From Desulfurivibrio sp. (GTDB lineage: Bacteria > Desulfobacterota > Desulfobulbia > Desulfobulbales > SURF-16): a DNA stretch of 64,000 nucleotides. Made by a program: the position numbers and the translations under genes. Position 1 is the stretch's first letter. Each line of letters begins with the position of its first letter. The stretch spans positions 15,191-79,190 of the forward strand of contig QZKJ01000014.1 of the NCBI GenBank assembly GCA_003605035.1, written 5' to 3'. The notes under the pieces are model-generated. The model was not told where the DNA came from. It did no database searches and saw only the letters and a list, made by a program, of their open reading frames with translations. This document shows, piece after piece, positions 9,403 to 18,413 of the stretch.

Positions 9403-11760
9403 ATGAATCGAAACTGCCAGGCAGACAGGACCAATTTTCTTTTCATCCATGTCAATGAATGGGCCACCATCGACTCCCCGGACACCATTCCCATCTCCCA
9501 GGCCTACGCCCTGGCCGCTCTCAGAAAGCACGGCCGGCGCGGCGCCATCCTCGGCGACTACAAGGGCAGCCCGCTTGCGCCGCAACTCCTGCGCGACACG
9601 CTCGACTCGGAAAAACCTGATGTGCTCGGTTTTTCGGTTTACGACGAAAACATCAACCGGGTGCTGGTCTGGGCCCGTTATGCCAAACAGCTGCGGCCCG
9701 ACCTGCTGGTGATCCTGGGCGGTCCCCAGATCACCTTCATGCCCGGCGAGGCCCTGCTGCAGATGAAGGATGTCGACATCCTCTGCCGGGGGGAAGGCGA
9801 AACCGTGCTGCCCGCCCTTGGCCGGGCGCTGGAGGATGGCCTGCCGCTCTCCGGGGTGGCGGGCATCACCTTCCTGGAGCAGGGTAAGGTCATTGACACC
9901 CCGGCGGCGCAGATGGTGGAAGACCTCGACAGCATGCCTTCCCCCTACCTGGAAGGACTCATCGACACGAGCGGCAAGAGCCGGGTCATCCTCCTCACCT
10001 CCCGCGGCTGCACCTCGCCCTGTACCTTCTGTTACACCACCCGGGCCAGCAATAAAAGGGTGCGGTTTCATTCCCTTGACCGGGTCGCTGCCGAAATCAA
10101 CTATCTGCAGGCCAGGGGCATCAACGATTTCTGGTTTGCCGACCCCAACTTCGCCTTCTCCCGCAGCCGGCTGGTCGCCCTCCTGGAGAAAATCATCGCC
10201 GACTGCCGGCCTCTCACCTTCTGGTGCCAGACCAGATACAATCTCATGGATAACGAGCTGCTGGCGCTGCTCAAAAAGGCGGGGGCCCACACCATTGCCT
10301 TCGGGCTGGAATCCGCCGATGACGGGGTGCTGAGCAGAATCAGGAAGGGGCTGGAGCCGGAAAAACTGGCCAGGGTTATCGGTGAGGTCCAGCAGGCCGG
10401 CCTCAATGTGGAACTTTTCACCCTGTTCGGCCTGCCGGGGGAAACGTTCGCCCAGGCCCAGAAAACCCTGGATTTCGTCAAGGCCAACAGGGTAGCCATC
10501 AGCGGCAACTCCATCTCCCAGCAGCTGCATCTCTTCTTCGGCGTCCCCATCCTTGACGACCATGGCGCCCACGGCATCAAGCCGCTGGCCGTGACCAAAC
10601 CCGCCTACTTGAGCATCTGCCGCGATTTCGCCACCGACGCCATGAGCGAGGAGGAAATCCGTCGGATGAGCATGCTGTGGCGCCTGAACCGCCAGGATTT
10701 TCAGGAAAACATTGCCGAGGCAACCAATCTCTTTGAGGTGGCTGGCTTCATCACCGCAAACCTGGAGGCCCTGTCCTGCCGGCCCGAGGCCCTGCTCATG
10801 CTGGCGCAGATCTATCTCCAGTTGGAGGAATTTCCCGCGGCCCATCAGTGCCTGATGCAGCTCAAGGAAAAATTCCCCCATGATCCCGCAGTGCAGCATT
10901 TTCTGGCCGGACCATTTACCGGTTACCGCTCCAGACGCCGCGGCATTGCCGCGGACGGCTGCAAGGTGATCTACGACTGCAAGGGAATCGTCAACGGCCA
11001 GGTGGCGCCGGCCACCGAGGCCTACTATCGGGACGCCGTGCTGGGCAGCGGCGGGCTGCTGCCTGATTTCGAGGCCGGGCTGCTGGGCATGAAGGCGGGC
11101 CGGGTGAGCCAGTATCCGGTCAGCTTCCCCGCTGATTACGGCCACAGTGAACTGGCCGGCCGGACCGTCCTGTTTCAGGTCTTTCTCCATCAGGTGCTGG
11201 AGCCGGTCAGCCTGGAGCATCCGGAGGCGCTGCTGGATAACCCGCCCCGGAATATTTACCGCTTCAACGACCTGGAAGGCCTGCGCAAACAGAATGAAAA
11301 CCTTTATTATCTTGTCCTGAAGGACACCCTGCCGCAGAAACTCATGCAGGAGATGACCGACTTTCTCAGTCTGATCAATTTTTACCTGAAACTGGGCTTC
11401 CGGCAGCAGGCGGAGCAGCTGCTTGACATGCTGCCCCGCAACGGCGCCACCCTGGAACATGCCGGCCGGATACTGCTGGCCAACGGCTGGCCGGAAATGG
11501 CCTATGAGATGCTCGGCACCATGGCCCGCAGCAGCAATGAGGCGGCCACCAACTGCGCCAAGGCCCTGATCAAAATGAAACGTTTCGAGGAGGCGGAGAA
11601 GCTGGTCGGCTCGCCCTTACTTTCCCATGATATCCAGGCCCTGGACCTGCGGGTCGGCCTCGCCTCCCTCAGACGGCAGCCTCTGGATGTCTACCTGGCC
11701 AGAATGGCTGATCTGCTCGACCAGCAGATCAGCTACATGCAGGGTGGCAGCGCCGGATAA
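9403..11760 (+). CDS. B12-binding radical SAM protein with C-terminal TPR and FKBP/trigger-factor-like domains
   Basis: B12-binding region (PDVLGFS, ILGGPQIT, RGEGE) and the rSAM motif CTSPCTFC. Later segment LGSGGLLPDFEAGLLGMKAG...VSFPADYGHSELAGRTVLFQV resembles the trigger-factor PPIase domain. Confidence 0.88.
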   Translation: MNRNCQADRTNFLFIHVNEWATIDSPDTIPISQAYALAALRKHGRRGAILGDYKGSPLAPQLLRDTLDSEKPDVLGFSVYDENINRVLVWARYAKQLRPDLLVILGGPQITFMPGEALLQMKDVDILCRGEGETVLPALGRALEDGLPLSGVAGITFLEQGKVIDTPAAQMVEDLDSMPSPYLEGLIDTSGKSRVILLTSRGCTSPCTFCYTTRASNKRVRFHSLDRVAAEINYLQARGINDFWFADPNFAFSRSRLVALLEKIIADCRPLTFWCQTRYNLMDNELLALLKKAGAHTIAFGLESADDGVLSRIRKGLEPEKLARVIGEVQQAGLNVELFTLFGLPGETFAQAQKTLDFVKANRVAISGNSISQQLHLFFGVPILDDHGAHGIKPLAVTKPAYLSICRDFATDAMSEEEIRRMSMLWRLNRQDFQENIAEATNLFEVAGFITANLEALSCRPEALLMLAQIYLQLEEFPAAHQCLMQLKEKFPHDPAVQHFLAGPFTGYRSRRRGIAADGCKVIYDCKGIVNGQVAPATEAYYRDAVLGSGGLLPDFEAGLLGMKAGRVSQYPVSFPADYGHSELAGRTVLFQVFLHQVLEPVSLEHPEALLDNPPRNIYRFNDLEGLRKQNENLYYLVLKDTLPQKLMQEMTDFLSLINFYLKLGFRQQAEQLLDMLPRNGATLEHAGRILLANGWPEMAYEMLGTMARSSNEAATNCAKALIKMKRFEEAEKLVGSPLLSHDIQALDLRVGLASLRRQPLDVYLARMADLLDQQISYMQGGSAG

Positions 11761-11874
11761 ACGCCTGCCGCCATAAAGCGATGCGGAAAAAAAATAACCG
11801 GGTGCATGCAGCATCGAGGAGACAGGAGGGAATACCGCTGCTTCGGCAAAATAAACCAGGCCGGCAAGTTTGCC

Positions 11875-13542
11875 CTAAAAATCCTCAAAATTATCCGGTT
11901 CAGCACTATCCCGCTTTAATTCCAGTTTTTTTGGTGCGGCAATGAGCTTCTCCCGTTTGCGGAGAGCCTGGGCCGGCGGGGAGGCGGCGGCTTTTTTTGC
12001 CGCAGGTTTTGCCAGCGGGGCCGCGGCAGCCGGCTCGCCGTTCCTGTCCCCTCCTTTAAGTAAACCGAGCAGTTGCCGCACCACACCCTTCATATTGCCG
12101 GACTGCATTTCCATCTGTTCCGATGTCGCGGCGCACTGCTCCGCATTGGCCGCATTCTGCTGGATAACCTTGTCCATTTCCGTCACGGCGGAGTTGATCT
12201 GATCGATCCCTTTGGCCTGCTCACCGGAGGCTGAGGCGATTTCAGCCACCAACTGACTCACCTTGCCGACACTGGTGGACACCTCGGCAAAGGAACTGTT
12301 TGTGGCGCCGACAAGATTCTTGCCATCCTTCACCTTGTTCACCGTCGCCTCAATCAGCCCGGCGGTATCCCTGGCCGCGTTGGCGGCCCGCAGGGCGAGA
12401 TTGCGTACCTCATCGGCCACCACGGCAAAACCCGCACCCGCCTCCCCGGCCCGGGCCGCTTCCACCGCCGCATTAAGGGCCAGCAGGTTGGTCTGGAAGG
12501 CGATCTCATCGATGGTCTTAATGATTTTCGAGGTTTCCGCGCTGGCCCTGGAGATCTCCTCCATGGAATCACTCAGTTTACCCATGGAATCATTGGCCTT
12601 GGCCACCCGCTCACCTGCCTCCCGGGTAAAACTGTCGGCCTGCTGGGCATTTTCCGCGTTGCGTCTGGTCATGGAGGACATCTCCTCCAGGGAGGCCGAG
12701 GTCTCCTCGATGGAGGCCGCCTGCTCTGACGCGCCCTCTGCCATGGCGAGACTGGCGCTGTTTAACTGCCTGGCGGAAACGGTTACCAGCTCCGCGCCGT
12801 CATTGAGGCTGTTGATTTCCACCACCACCGGCTTCACCACGGCATGGCTGACAAACACATAGACAATGCCGATCAGCAGGAAGATGGCGCACAGAAACAG
12901 CGACGTGATAACCGCGGCATCGATTTTCGCCGCGGCCACCATCTGCTGCAGCGGCATATAGGCATTCAGGGTGCCCAGCAGGATGTGGCGGTTCATGTCG
13001 GTCTGGTCGTTTTCCACCTTGGAAAAATGACATTCGGCGCAGCCGATGAACACGTCACTCCACAGGGGAACCGCCACCCGCAGGAAACCGTCCTCAATCT
13101 TTTCGAATTTAGCGTCACCCTTCAGCAGGGCGCTGCCGGCCTCGGTTTCAAAAGGTATCTCTATTTTCGTATTGTCGCCGCCCAGCGGCGCATACTTGAA
13201 GAGCTCCTTATCGCCGATCAGCCGCACCCGCGGCTTACCCGCCCCATGATCATGAATGACCGCCTGGTCCACGGCAAAGATGGTACGGTTCCAGTCATCC
13301 AGGATCTTCTGCCTCTCAGCGGGATTTCCCTGGGTGCGCAGAAAGTCCTCATGAAACCTGACCGTTGACACCATGAACATCTGCACGGTTCTGGCCAGCA
13401 GATCATCGGCGTTGTGACGGGCATCAACCTGGGCTGCATTGATGTTGCGCTGGTACATGAAAAAAGCAAAAAAACAGGCTGAGACAACTCCGATGACAAT
13501 CATGATGCCGGAAATTTTCATTCTGAGTGACATCTTTTTCAT
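11875..13542 (-). CDS. Methyl-accepting chemotaxis protein with a periplasmic heme-c (DUF3365-like) sensor
   Basis: Two TM segments, a periplasmic CAECH motif and the signalling tip [34 protein letters not shown]. Confidence 0.93.
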   Translation of the reverse strand: MKKMSLRMKISGIMIVIGVVSACFFAFFMYQRNINAAQVDARHNADDLLARTVQMFMVSTVRFHEDFLRTQGNPAERQKILDDWNRTIFAVDQAVIHDHGAGKPRVRLIGDKELFKYAPLGGDNTKIEIPFETEAGSALLKGDAKFEKIEDGFLRVAVPLWSDVFIGCAECHFSKVENDQTDMNRHILLGTLNAYMPLQQMVAAAKIDAAVITSLFLCAIFLLIGIVYVFVSHAVVKPVVVEINSLNDGAELVTVSARQLNSASLAMAEGASEQAASIEETSASLEEMSSMTRRNAENAQQADSFTREAGERVAKANDSMGKLSDSMEEISRASAETSKIIKTIDEIAFQTNLLALNAAVEAARAGEAGAGFAVVADEVRNLALRAANAARDTAGLIEATVNKVKDGKNLVGATNSSFAEVSTSVGKVSQLVAEIASASGEQAKGIDQINSAVTEMDKVIQQNAANAEQCAATSEQMEMQSGNMKGVVRQLLGLLKGGDRNGEPAAAAPLAKPAAKKAAASPPAQALRKREKLIAAPKKLELKRDSAEPDNFEDF

Positions 13543-13599
13543 CTGCAGATTCTCCCTTGGAAGTGTTCCTCCCTTCCCTTGTATTTCAGGCTTCGAGAT

Positions 13600-13638
13600 G
13601 CGTTATGGTAACTTAACTTGGTATTTTCCGAGTCCATT
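13600..13638. repeat. Remnant of the right end of the MITE at 61692-61897
   Basis: GCGTTATGGTAACTTAACTTGGTATTTTCCGAGTCCATT versus GCGTGATGGTAAATTGGTATTTCCCGAGTCCCTT (61864-61897). Confidence 0.6.
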
Positions 13639-15709
13639 ACTTGCCCGCCGCAGCAGGCGCCTCGGCAACGGGTCTGGGACTCCACTGTTTTGCGCCGGTG
13701 TCGTACTGATAATGCATCTCCAGGGTAAATTTCTGCCGTCTGCTCTCTTCCAGACATTGCATCCTGAAGATGAGCAGGCGGCCCTCCTGCCGGACAAAGC
13801 TGATCCGCGGGTCCGACAGTTTCGAGCGGGCCGCGGAGGGGAAAAAGTCCTTGAAAATAGCTTCATATCTGCTGAGCAGAAAGGCGATCTTCTGCTGAAT
13901 ATCATCGAGAAACCGGTACCGGCCGATGCTTTCCGCCGCAGACTGCCTGGCTGCCGCAAATTCCCGGTCAGCCCCCAGCTGCCCGCGGTCAATGGCGTTG
14001 ATCATTGCCTCGAGTTCCTTGACAGCCCGGCTGTAGTTCTCCTCCGCCACGTAGGCCGTTACCGCCCCCTCGCGAGCCTTGACCGTGGCCGTGACACTTT
14101 TCCTTCTGATCATTTCCTGGCTGATATCCCGGGCGCCGCCGGCCGCCCTGGCGGCAGCCAGCAAGGCCTCGCTTTTCTGCAGATTGGCGCTGGCGGCATC
14201 CCACCTGCCCTGGCTGAAATCCTGCAGCCCCTCCTCATAGAAAAAATTAAACCTGGCCACATCGCGCTGCCCGGCGATTTTCGCGGCCTGCGGGGCCAGT
14301 TCTCCGCCCTGCCCCTGGGTCTGCTGCAGGGCGCTCTCATAACTGTCCGCCGCCTGCGACCATTGCCGGTCGGCAAAGAGCTGATCGCCCCGCGCGACAG
14401 CAGCGGCAAAAGCCACCTCGGTCATCATGGTCCGGATCTCGTTGCCGGCAGCCTCCTGCTGTTCATCCTGCGGCAGGCCGGCCAGAACCGCCATGGCCTC
14501 CTGCAGGTTGCCTTGCGCCTGCTCCCACTGGTGCCGGGACCTGAACTGCCTGGCTGCCTCCAGCCGCCCCTGCAGACGGCTCTTTGCTGACAGCGCCTCC
14601 AGCTGATCAAGGGGAAGCGGGGCCAGTTCACCAAGTGCCGCGGTTTTTTCCGCGGCCCGGGCATACGTCTGGTCAGACTCCTGCCACTTTCCGGCATCAG
14701 CCAGCTCCCGGGCCCTGGCCAGCAGTCCGTTCACCGCATTGATCTCCTGCAGCTGGCCGACCGAGATATATCTGCCCTTCACCAGTATCCTGCCCTGCAG
14801 CCCCTCTTTAAATTCCCGGGAGTCGGTCAGCTTCCCGACCTCCTGCAGCAGGGCCTGTTTTTCCCCTTTCTTGAGGAAACGGAGCTTGTCCAGCAGGACC
14901 TGGACCGCCTTTACCTGGGCCTCCGCCTCAGGGTAATTGCCTTCTTTGACCAGGGCAGCCACCCCGGCCCACTTCTGCACCGCGCCCTGATAATGGCGCA
15001 GATCAAGCACCAGCAGGGCGCCTGCCGCAGCAGCGAGCAGCACAACCCCGCAGACTATTGTCAGCAGCAGTTTTCTGTTTAGGCCGGCCGGCATTTTGCC
15101 GGCAGCCGCCGCCCGCCCCGGTTTCTGCCGCCGGCCGGCTGCCGGGGCGCTGGCAGGCGGCGGCTGCCCCGCGGCGGCTGGCGTGGTCAGGTCCGGCGAA
15201 GACGCAGCCTGGTCAGCGGCAGCGGCGACACTTTGCTGCGGCTCCGGCGTCTGCAGGCTGAAATCTGCCCGGTCAAGGGGCAGCAGCTCCCCATGGGCCA
15301 GGGTCCATTCCAGCGCCTCCCGGTTGAAGACATCCTCCCTGCCGTAGGTTTGATAGCTAATCAACCTGCCGATATGCACAATGAGCTCAGCCAGGGAGTG
15401 GGAAGAATTCCAGAAATCCCCGATGCAGACCGCATCCGGATCAAAATCAGGGTGAAAAATGGGGGTAAGGGGTTTACAATTCGGCGGAAAATGGGGATAA
15501 CCAAAGGGGAGAACAATACTCACCCGATGCTTGTCAACCATAACAGCCTGACCGCCGGCCACCTGGCTGATCCCTTTGACGCGATAGGTAATCTCGTAAC
15601 TTTCCGGGGGATTCCCTGCAGTGGCGGTTATCCGGATATAGGGAGAGGCGGAGAATCTGCTCTTTATCTCCTCAAATTCATTGGCGAGCTGGCTGCTGGA
15701 TACGGACAT
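13637..15709 (-). CDS. Ubiquitin-conjugating enzyme E2-like domain, TM helix and TPR-like helical domain
   Basis: N-terminal UBC-fold signature LPFGYPHFPP...TPIFHPDFDPDAVCIGDFW...LIVHIGRLISYQ, a Pro/Ala linker, TM LLLTIVCGVVLLAAAAGALLVL and a long helical-repeat C-terminus. Start taken at ATG 15709. Confidence 0.8.
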   Translation of the reverse strand: MSVSSSQLANEFEEIKSRFSASPYIRITATAGNPPESYEITYRVKGISQVAGGQAVMVDKHRVSIVLPFGYPHFPPNCKPLTPIFHPDFDPDAVCIGDFWNSSHSLAELIVHIGRLISYQTYGREDVFNREALEWTLAHGELLPLDRADFSLQTPEPQQSVAAAADQAASSPDLTTPAAAGQPPPASAPAAGRRQKPGRAAAAGKMPAGLNRKLLLTIVCGVVLLAAAAGALLVLDLRHYQGAVQKWAGVAALVKEGNYPEAEAQVKAVQVLLDKLRFLKKGEKQALLQEVGKLTDSREFKEGLQGRILVKGRYISVGQLQEINAVNGLLARARELADAGKWQESDQTYARAAEKTAALGELAPLPLDQLEALSAKSRLQGRLEAARQFRSRHQWEQAQGNLQEAMAVLAGLPQDEQQEAAGNEIRTMMTEVAFAAAVARGDQLFADRQWSQAADSYESALQQTQGQGGELAPQAAKIAGQRDVARFNFFYEEGLQDFSQGRWDAASANLQKSEALLAAARAAGGARDISQEMIRRKSVTATVKAREGAVTAYVAEENYSRAVKELEAMINAIDRGQLGADREFAAARQSAAESIGRYRFLDDIQQKIAFLLSRYEAIFKDFFPSAARSKLSDPRISFVRQEGRLLIFRMQCLEESRRQKFTLEMHYQYDTGAKQWSPRPVAEAPAAAGK

Positions 15710-15946
15710 GGGCGGAGAAAATCTCACTATGATGAAAAAAATCTGTTCTTTTCCGGTTGATCTGACGAGGCGGCTGGCTGGACAATGGCGTGCTTGCCGT
15801 CACAAAATCTCGACTTTACTAAAAAGGATAGCTAAAGTTGCTGGCGAGAACAAGAACAAAAAAACAGATCCCCTGGTCTGCAACCCCGCACCCGCGACTC
15901 CACCGGCTGTCAACCGGACACCCTGAGAGAAAAAAGGCCATGAACC

Positions 15947-17038
15947 ATGAGCACATTCAAGTCAATCTTCCAGATCGTTGAAAACAAAAAGTGCCCGCTC
16001 TATGCACTGGATGACCGGCTGGAATTGACGGACAAAGCCCTGCTGCCCCCGCAGGATAAAGCGGTCTGCCTTATCCTGGCCCGCGAAATGACCGAACTGC
16101 TGTTTGCCCTGCTCTCCCAGGATAAAGACGGCTACGACCCGGAAAAGCTGTTCAGCTGCTCCGGCTGCTCCGGCCTGATCAAGTTCAGGATGAATTTCAA
16201 CAAAGCCGCCTCATCAGAGGAGGAAGCAGCCTCCTCGCTGTCGGAGATCCTCGGCACGCAGGTCAACATGCCGCGCAGACTGGTTGACGGCCTGGAGCAT
16301 ATCGGTCTCTTTCAGGCCCTGGAAAAGGAAAATCTGGTCAGAATCCTCCCCTGCTTCACTTACAAGAAATTCACGCCAGGCGCGGAGATATTCCGCAAGG
16401 GCGAGGAAGGCGGCTTTGTGGTCATCATCCTGTCCGGCAAGGTGGTGGTGCTGGACGGCGATGAGCGCATTGCCGTGCTGGGCAGGGGGGAGGTGCTGGG
16501 CGAGATGAGTCTGCTCACCTCCCAGGCGGTCTGCGCCACGGTAAAAACCCTCGACTCCACCGAGGTGCTCTGCATCAACGGCCAGGAGCTGAAAAACCTG
16601 ATGAACAGAAACCCCAGCCTCTATATCTATTTCCTGCATCTGCTTGCCGACCGTCTCACCAAGAGCAATGCCGTCCGTCTGCAGGAGGTGGCCTATGCCA
16701 TGAGCGGCACGCTGGCTGAAATGCCGCAGGTGGAACTGTTCCAGCTCTTTCACATGAACGGCAAAACAGGGGTGCTGACCATTGAGCTGCCGGCCGGCGA
16801 GGCGCGCATCTCCTTCAGGGAGGGGTGCATCATCAACGCCAGCTATGCCGGGGAAAAAAACCAGGAGGCCATCTATCGGATCATTGCCGAAAGAAAAGGA
16901 GGCCGTTTCAAATTCAGCGTCGGTCTTTCCCCCCAGGAGATGAAAGCGGCGGAGATCGGCGAATTCATGAAACTGCTGATGGACGGCATCAGACGGGTTG
17001 ATGAGGAAAACAGTCCGGACGAGGAGGAAGAGGATTAA
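15947..17038 (+). CDS. Cyclic-nucleotide-binding domain protein with N-terminal Cys-rich domain and C-terminal DUF4388-like domain
   Basis: cNMP motifs IFRKGEEG...ILSGKV...GEVLGEMSLL. C-terminal MSGTLAEM...ELFQLFHMNGKTGVL...FREGCIINA is DUF4388/PatA-N-like. N-terminal CPLY...C...CSGC. Confidence 0.85.
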   Translation: MSTFKSIFQIVENKKCPLYALDDRLELTDKALLPPQDKAVCLILAREMTELLFALLSQDKDGYDPEKLFSCSGCSGLIKFRMNFNKAASSEEEAASSLSEILGTQVNMPRRLVDGLEHIGLFQALEKENLVRILPCFTYKKFTPGAEIFRKGEEGGFVVIILSGKVVVLDGDERIAVLGRGEVLGEMSLLTSQAVCATVKTLDSTEVLCINGQELKNLMNRNPSLYIYFLHLLADRLTKSNAVRLQEVAYAMSGTLAEMPQVELFQLFHMNGKTGVLTIELPAGEARISFREGCIINASYAGEKNQEAIYRIIAERKGGRFKFSVGLSPQEMKAAEIGEFMKLLMDGIRRVDEENSPDEEEED

Positions 17039-17070
17039 CCCTCGGCAGCCACGGGCAGAGGATCAGGGAA

Positions 17071-17100
17071 ACCGGGGCAGGAGAAGAGCCCTGCCCCGGT
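17071..17100. terminator. Hairpin between convergent genes
   Basis: ACCGGGGCAGG...CCTGCCCCGGT perfect 11-bp stem. Confidence 0.6.
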
Positions 17101-17116
17101 GAGCTGGGTGAAACTA

Positions 17117-17386
17117 TTAGTGCTGGCTGGGCGCCCCTTCCGCGGCAGGAGCTGGTTCGCCCTGGGGTGCGTCGGGTGAGGGAACCTCCATCGGCTGTGC
17201 TTCCGCGGCAGGCGCGGCCTCTTCAGCCGGAGCCGGCTCTGCGGCAGGAGCTGCCTGCTCCATGGCCGGTGCGGCCTTTTCGGCAGGTGCTACTTCTGCT
17301 TTTTCTTTTTTCTGATCACAGGCGCACATACCGCCGGCCAGTAAGGACATAAGGACAAAAGCAACAGTCTTTTTCATCAGTTTCAT
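17117..17386 (-). CDS. Small Ala/Pro/Glu-rich lipoprotein
   Basis: Signal peptide MKLMKKTVAFVLMSLLAGGMCA-C followed by a low-complexity tail. SD GAGG upstream of ATG 17386. Confidence 0.75.
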   Translation of the reverse strand: MKLMKKTVAFVLMSLLAGGMCACDQKKEKAEVAPAEKAAPAMEQAAPAAEPAPAEEAAPAAEAQPMEVPSPDAPQGEPAPAAEGAPSQH

Positions 17387-17667
17387 TGAATTCTTCCTCA
17401 ATTTTTGGTTGTTGGAAAAGGGTTACAGAATCTCTGACAGGATGGCTATTACCGCTTGCCTATTCCTTTCACGCTGTTATGGGATTTTTTTCTCCCTCGT
17501 GAGGAATTTTTTTTGATATTACCTCCCCTTTCATAACCAGTAAAGGGAAATAAACAGCAGCAGTACAATAAAATAACTTGCTTTTTTTGCGTGTCTGCAG
17601 GAGGGTGACACCCCGGTGCCGCCGGCGAAAAAAGGCGTCAGGCAAAACGGCAGGGGCGCGCCTGCCT

Positions 17668-17772
17668 GCAGAACTCCTGCTGTCGTGACCTGATTTCACG
17701 TTAGGCAACCACTTCTAACCGCGGCCCGTTAACGGCAAAGTGCCTGAAGTGCCCTAAAGTTAAAGGAATTGT
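17668..17772 (-). mobile_element. Partial inverted copy (right half) of the ~245-bp element at 41256 and 54623
   Basis: CAGAACTCCTGCTGTCGTGAC...CGGCAAAGTGCCTGAAGTGCCCTAAAGTTAAAGGA matches the reverse complement of the element's right half. Confidence 0.75.
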
Positions 17773-17785
17773 TAAGTGATATCGC

Positions 17786-18409
17786 TCACCGGCCGGCCGA
17801 CCAGCCGGACAGGCCATAGACGTCCTCCACAATCTGCCGGGGCAGCCGGCAGCCGAACCGACTGGCAAAGAGCCCGGCCGCCTCAAGCGGGTCAGCCGGC
17901 CGGCTGGCCATTCTGCCGAGCAGGCCGCTGACATCCTCAATGACCGCCCACGGGTAGATGATCCACCGCCACTTCCGCACCTGTGCCGCATAATAATCCG
18001 GCGAGAAGGTGGATGTCTGCTTATGGTGCAGCACCGCCACCCGCAACCCGGCCGGCTGAAAACTCTGCAGGTGCTGCAGGGCCAGCTCCAGGGTCTGGCC
18101 GGTGTCATTGACATCATCGACTAAGAGCACCCGCAGGCCATGGATGTCCCTTTTAAAGGGCTCAATGAGACGGGCGCTTTTCTTCTTGCTGGCCCCGGCC
18201 TCGTAATGGCTCAGCTGCATGCTGGTCAGCTGGCTGACATCCAGATGATCGCAGAGGATGCGCGCCGGGATGTAGCCGCCCCTGGCAATGGCCACGATGA
18301 GGTCCGGGGCAAAACCCTGCTCTTTGATGCTGGCGGCCAGCAGCCGGGTCAACTGGTACATCCTGTTCCAGGAGACCAGTTCGCAGCGGAACTCTTCCGT
18401 CATTGGCAA
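17786..18409 (-). CDS. Type I phosphoribosyltransferase (xanthine/hypoxanthine PRT-like)
   Basis: IVAIARGG, PRPP motif VLLVDDVNDTGQT and WIIYPW. Confidence 0.92.
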   Translation of the reverse strand: MPMTEEFRCELVSWNRMYQLTRLLAASIKEQGFAPDLIVAIARGGYIPARILCDHLDVSQLTSMQLSHYEAGASKKKSARLIEPFKRDIHGLRVLLVDDVNDTGQTLELALQHLQSFQPAGLRVAVLHHKQTSTFSPDYYAAQVRKWRWIIYPWAVIEDVSGLLGRMASRPADPLEAAGLFASRFGCRLPRQIVEDVYGLSGWSAGR

Positions 18410-18413
18410 CCTC

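Noticed and set aside
9313-11460. 715-aa minus-strand ORF
   Set aside because: Antisense shadow of the radical SAM gene.
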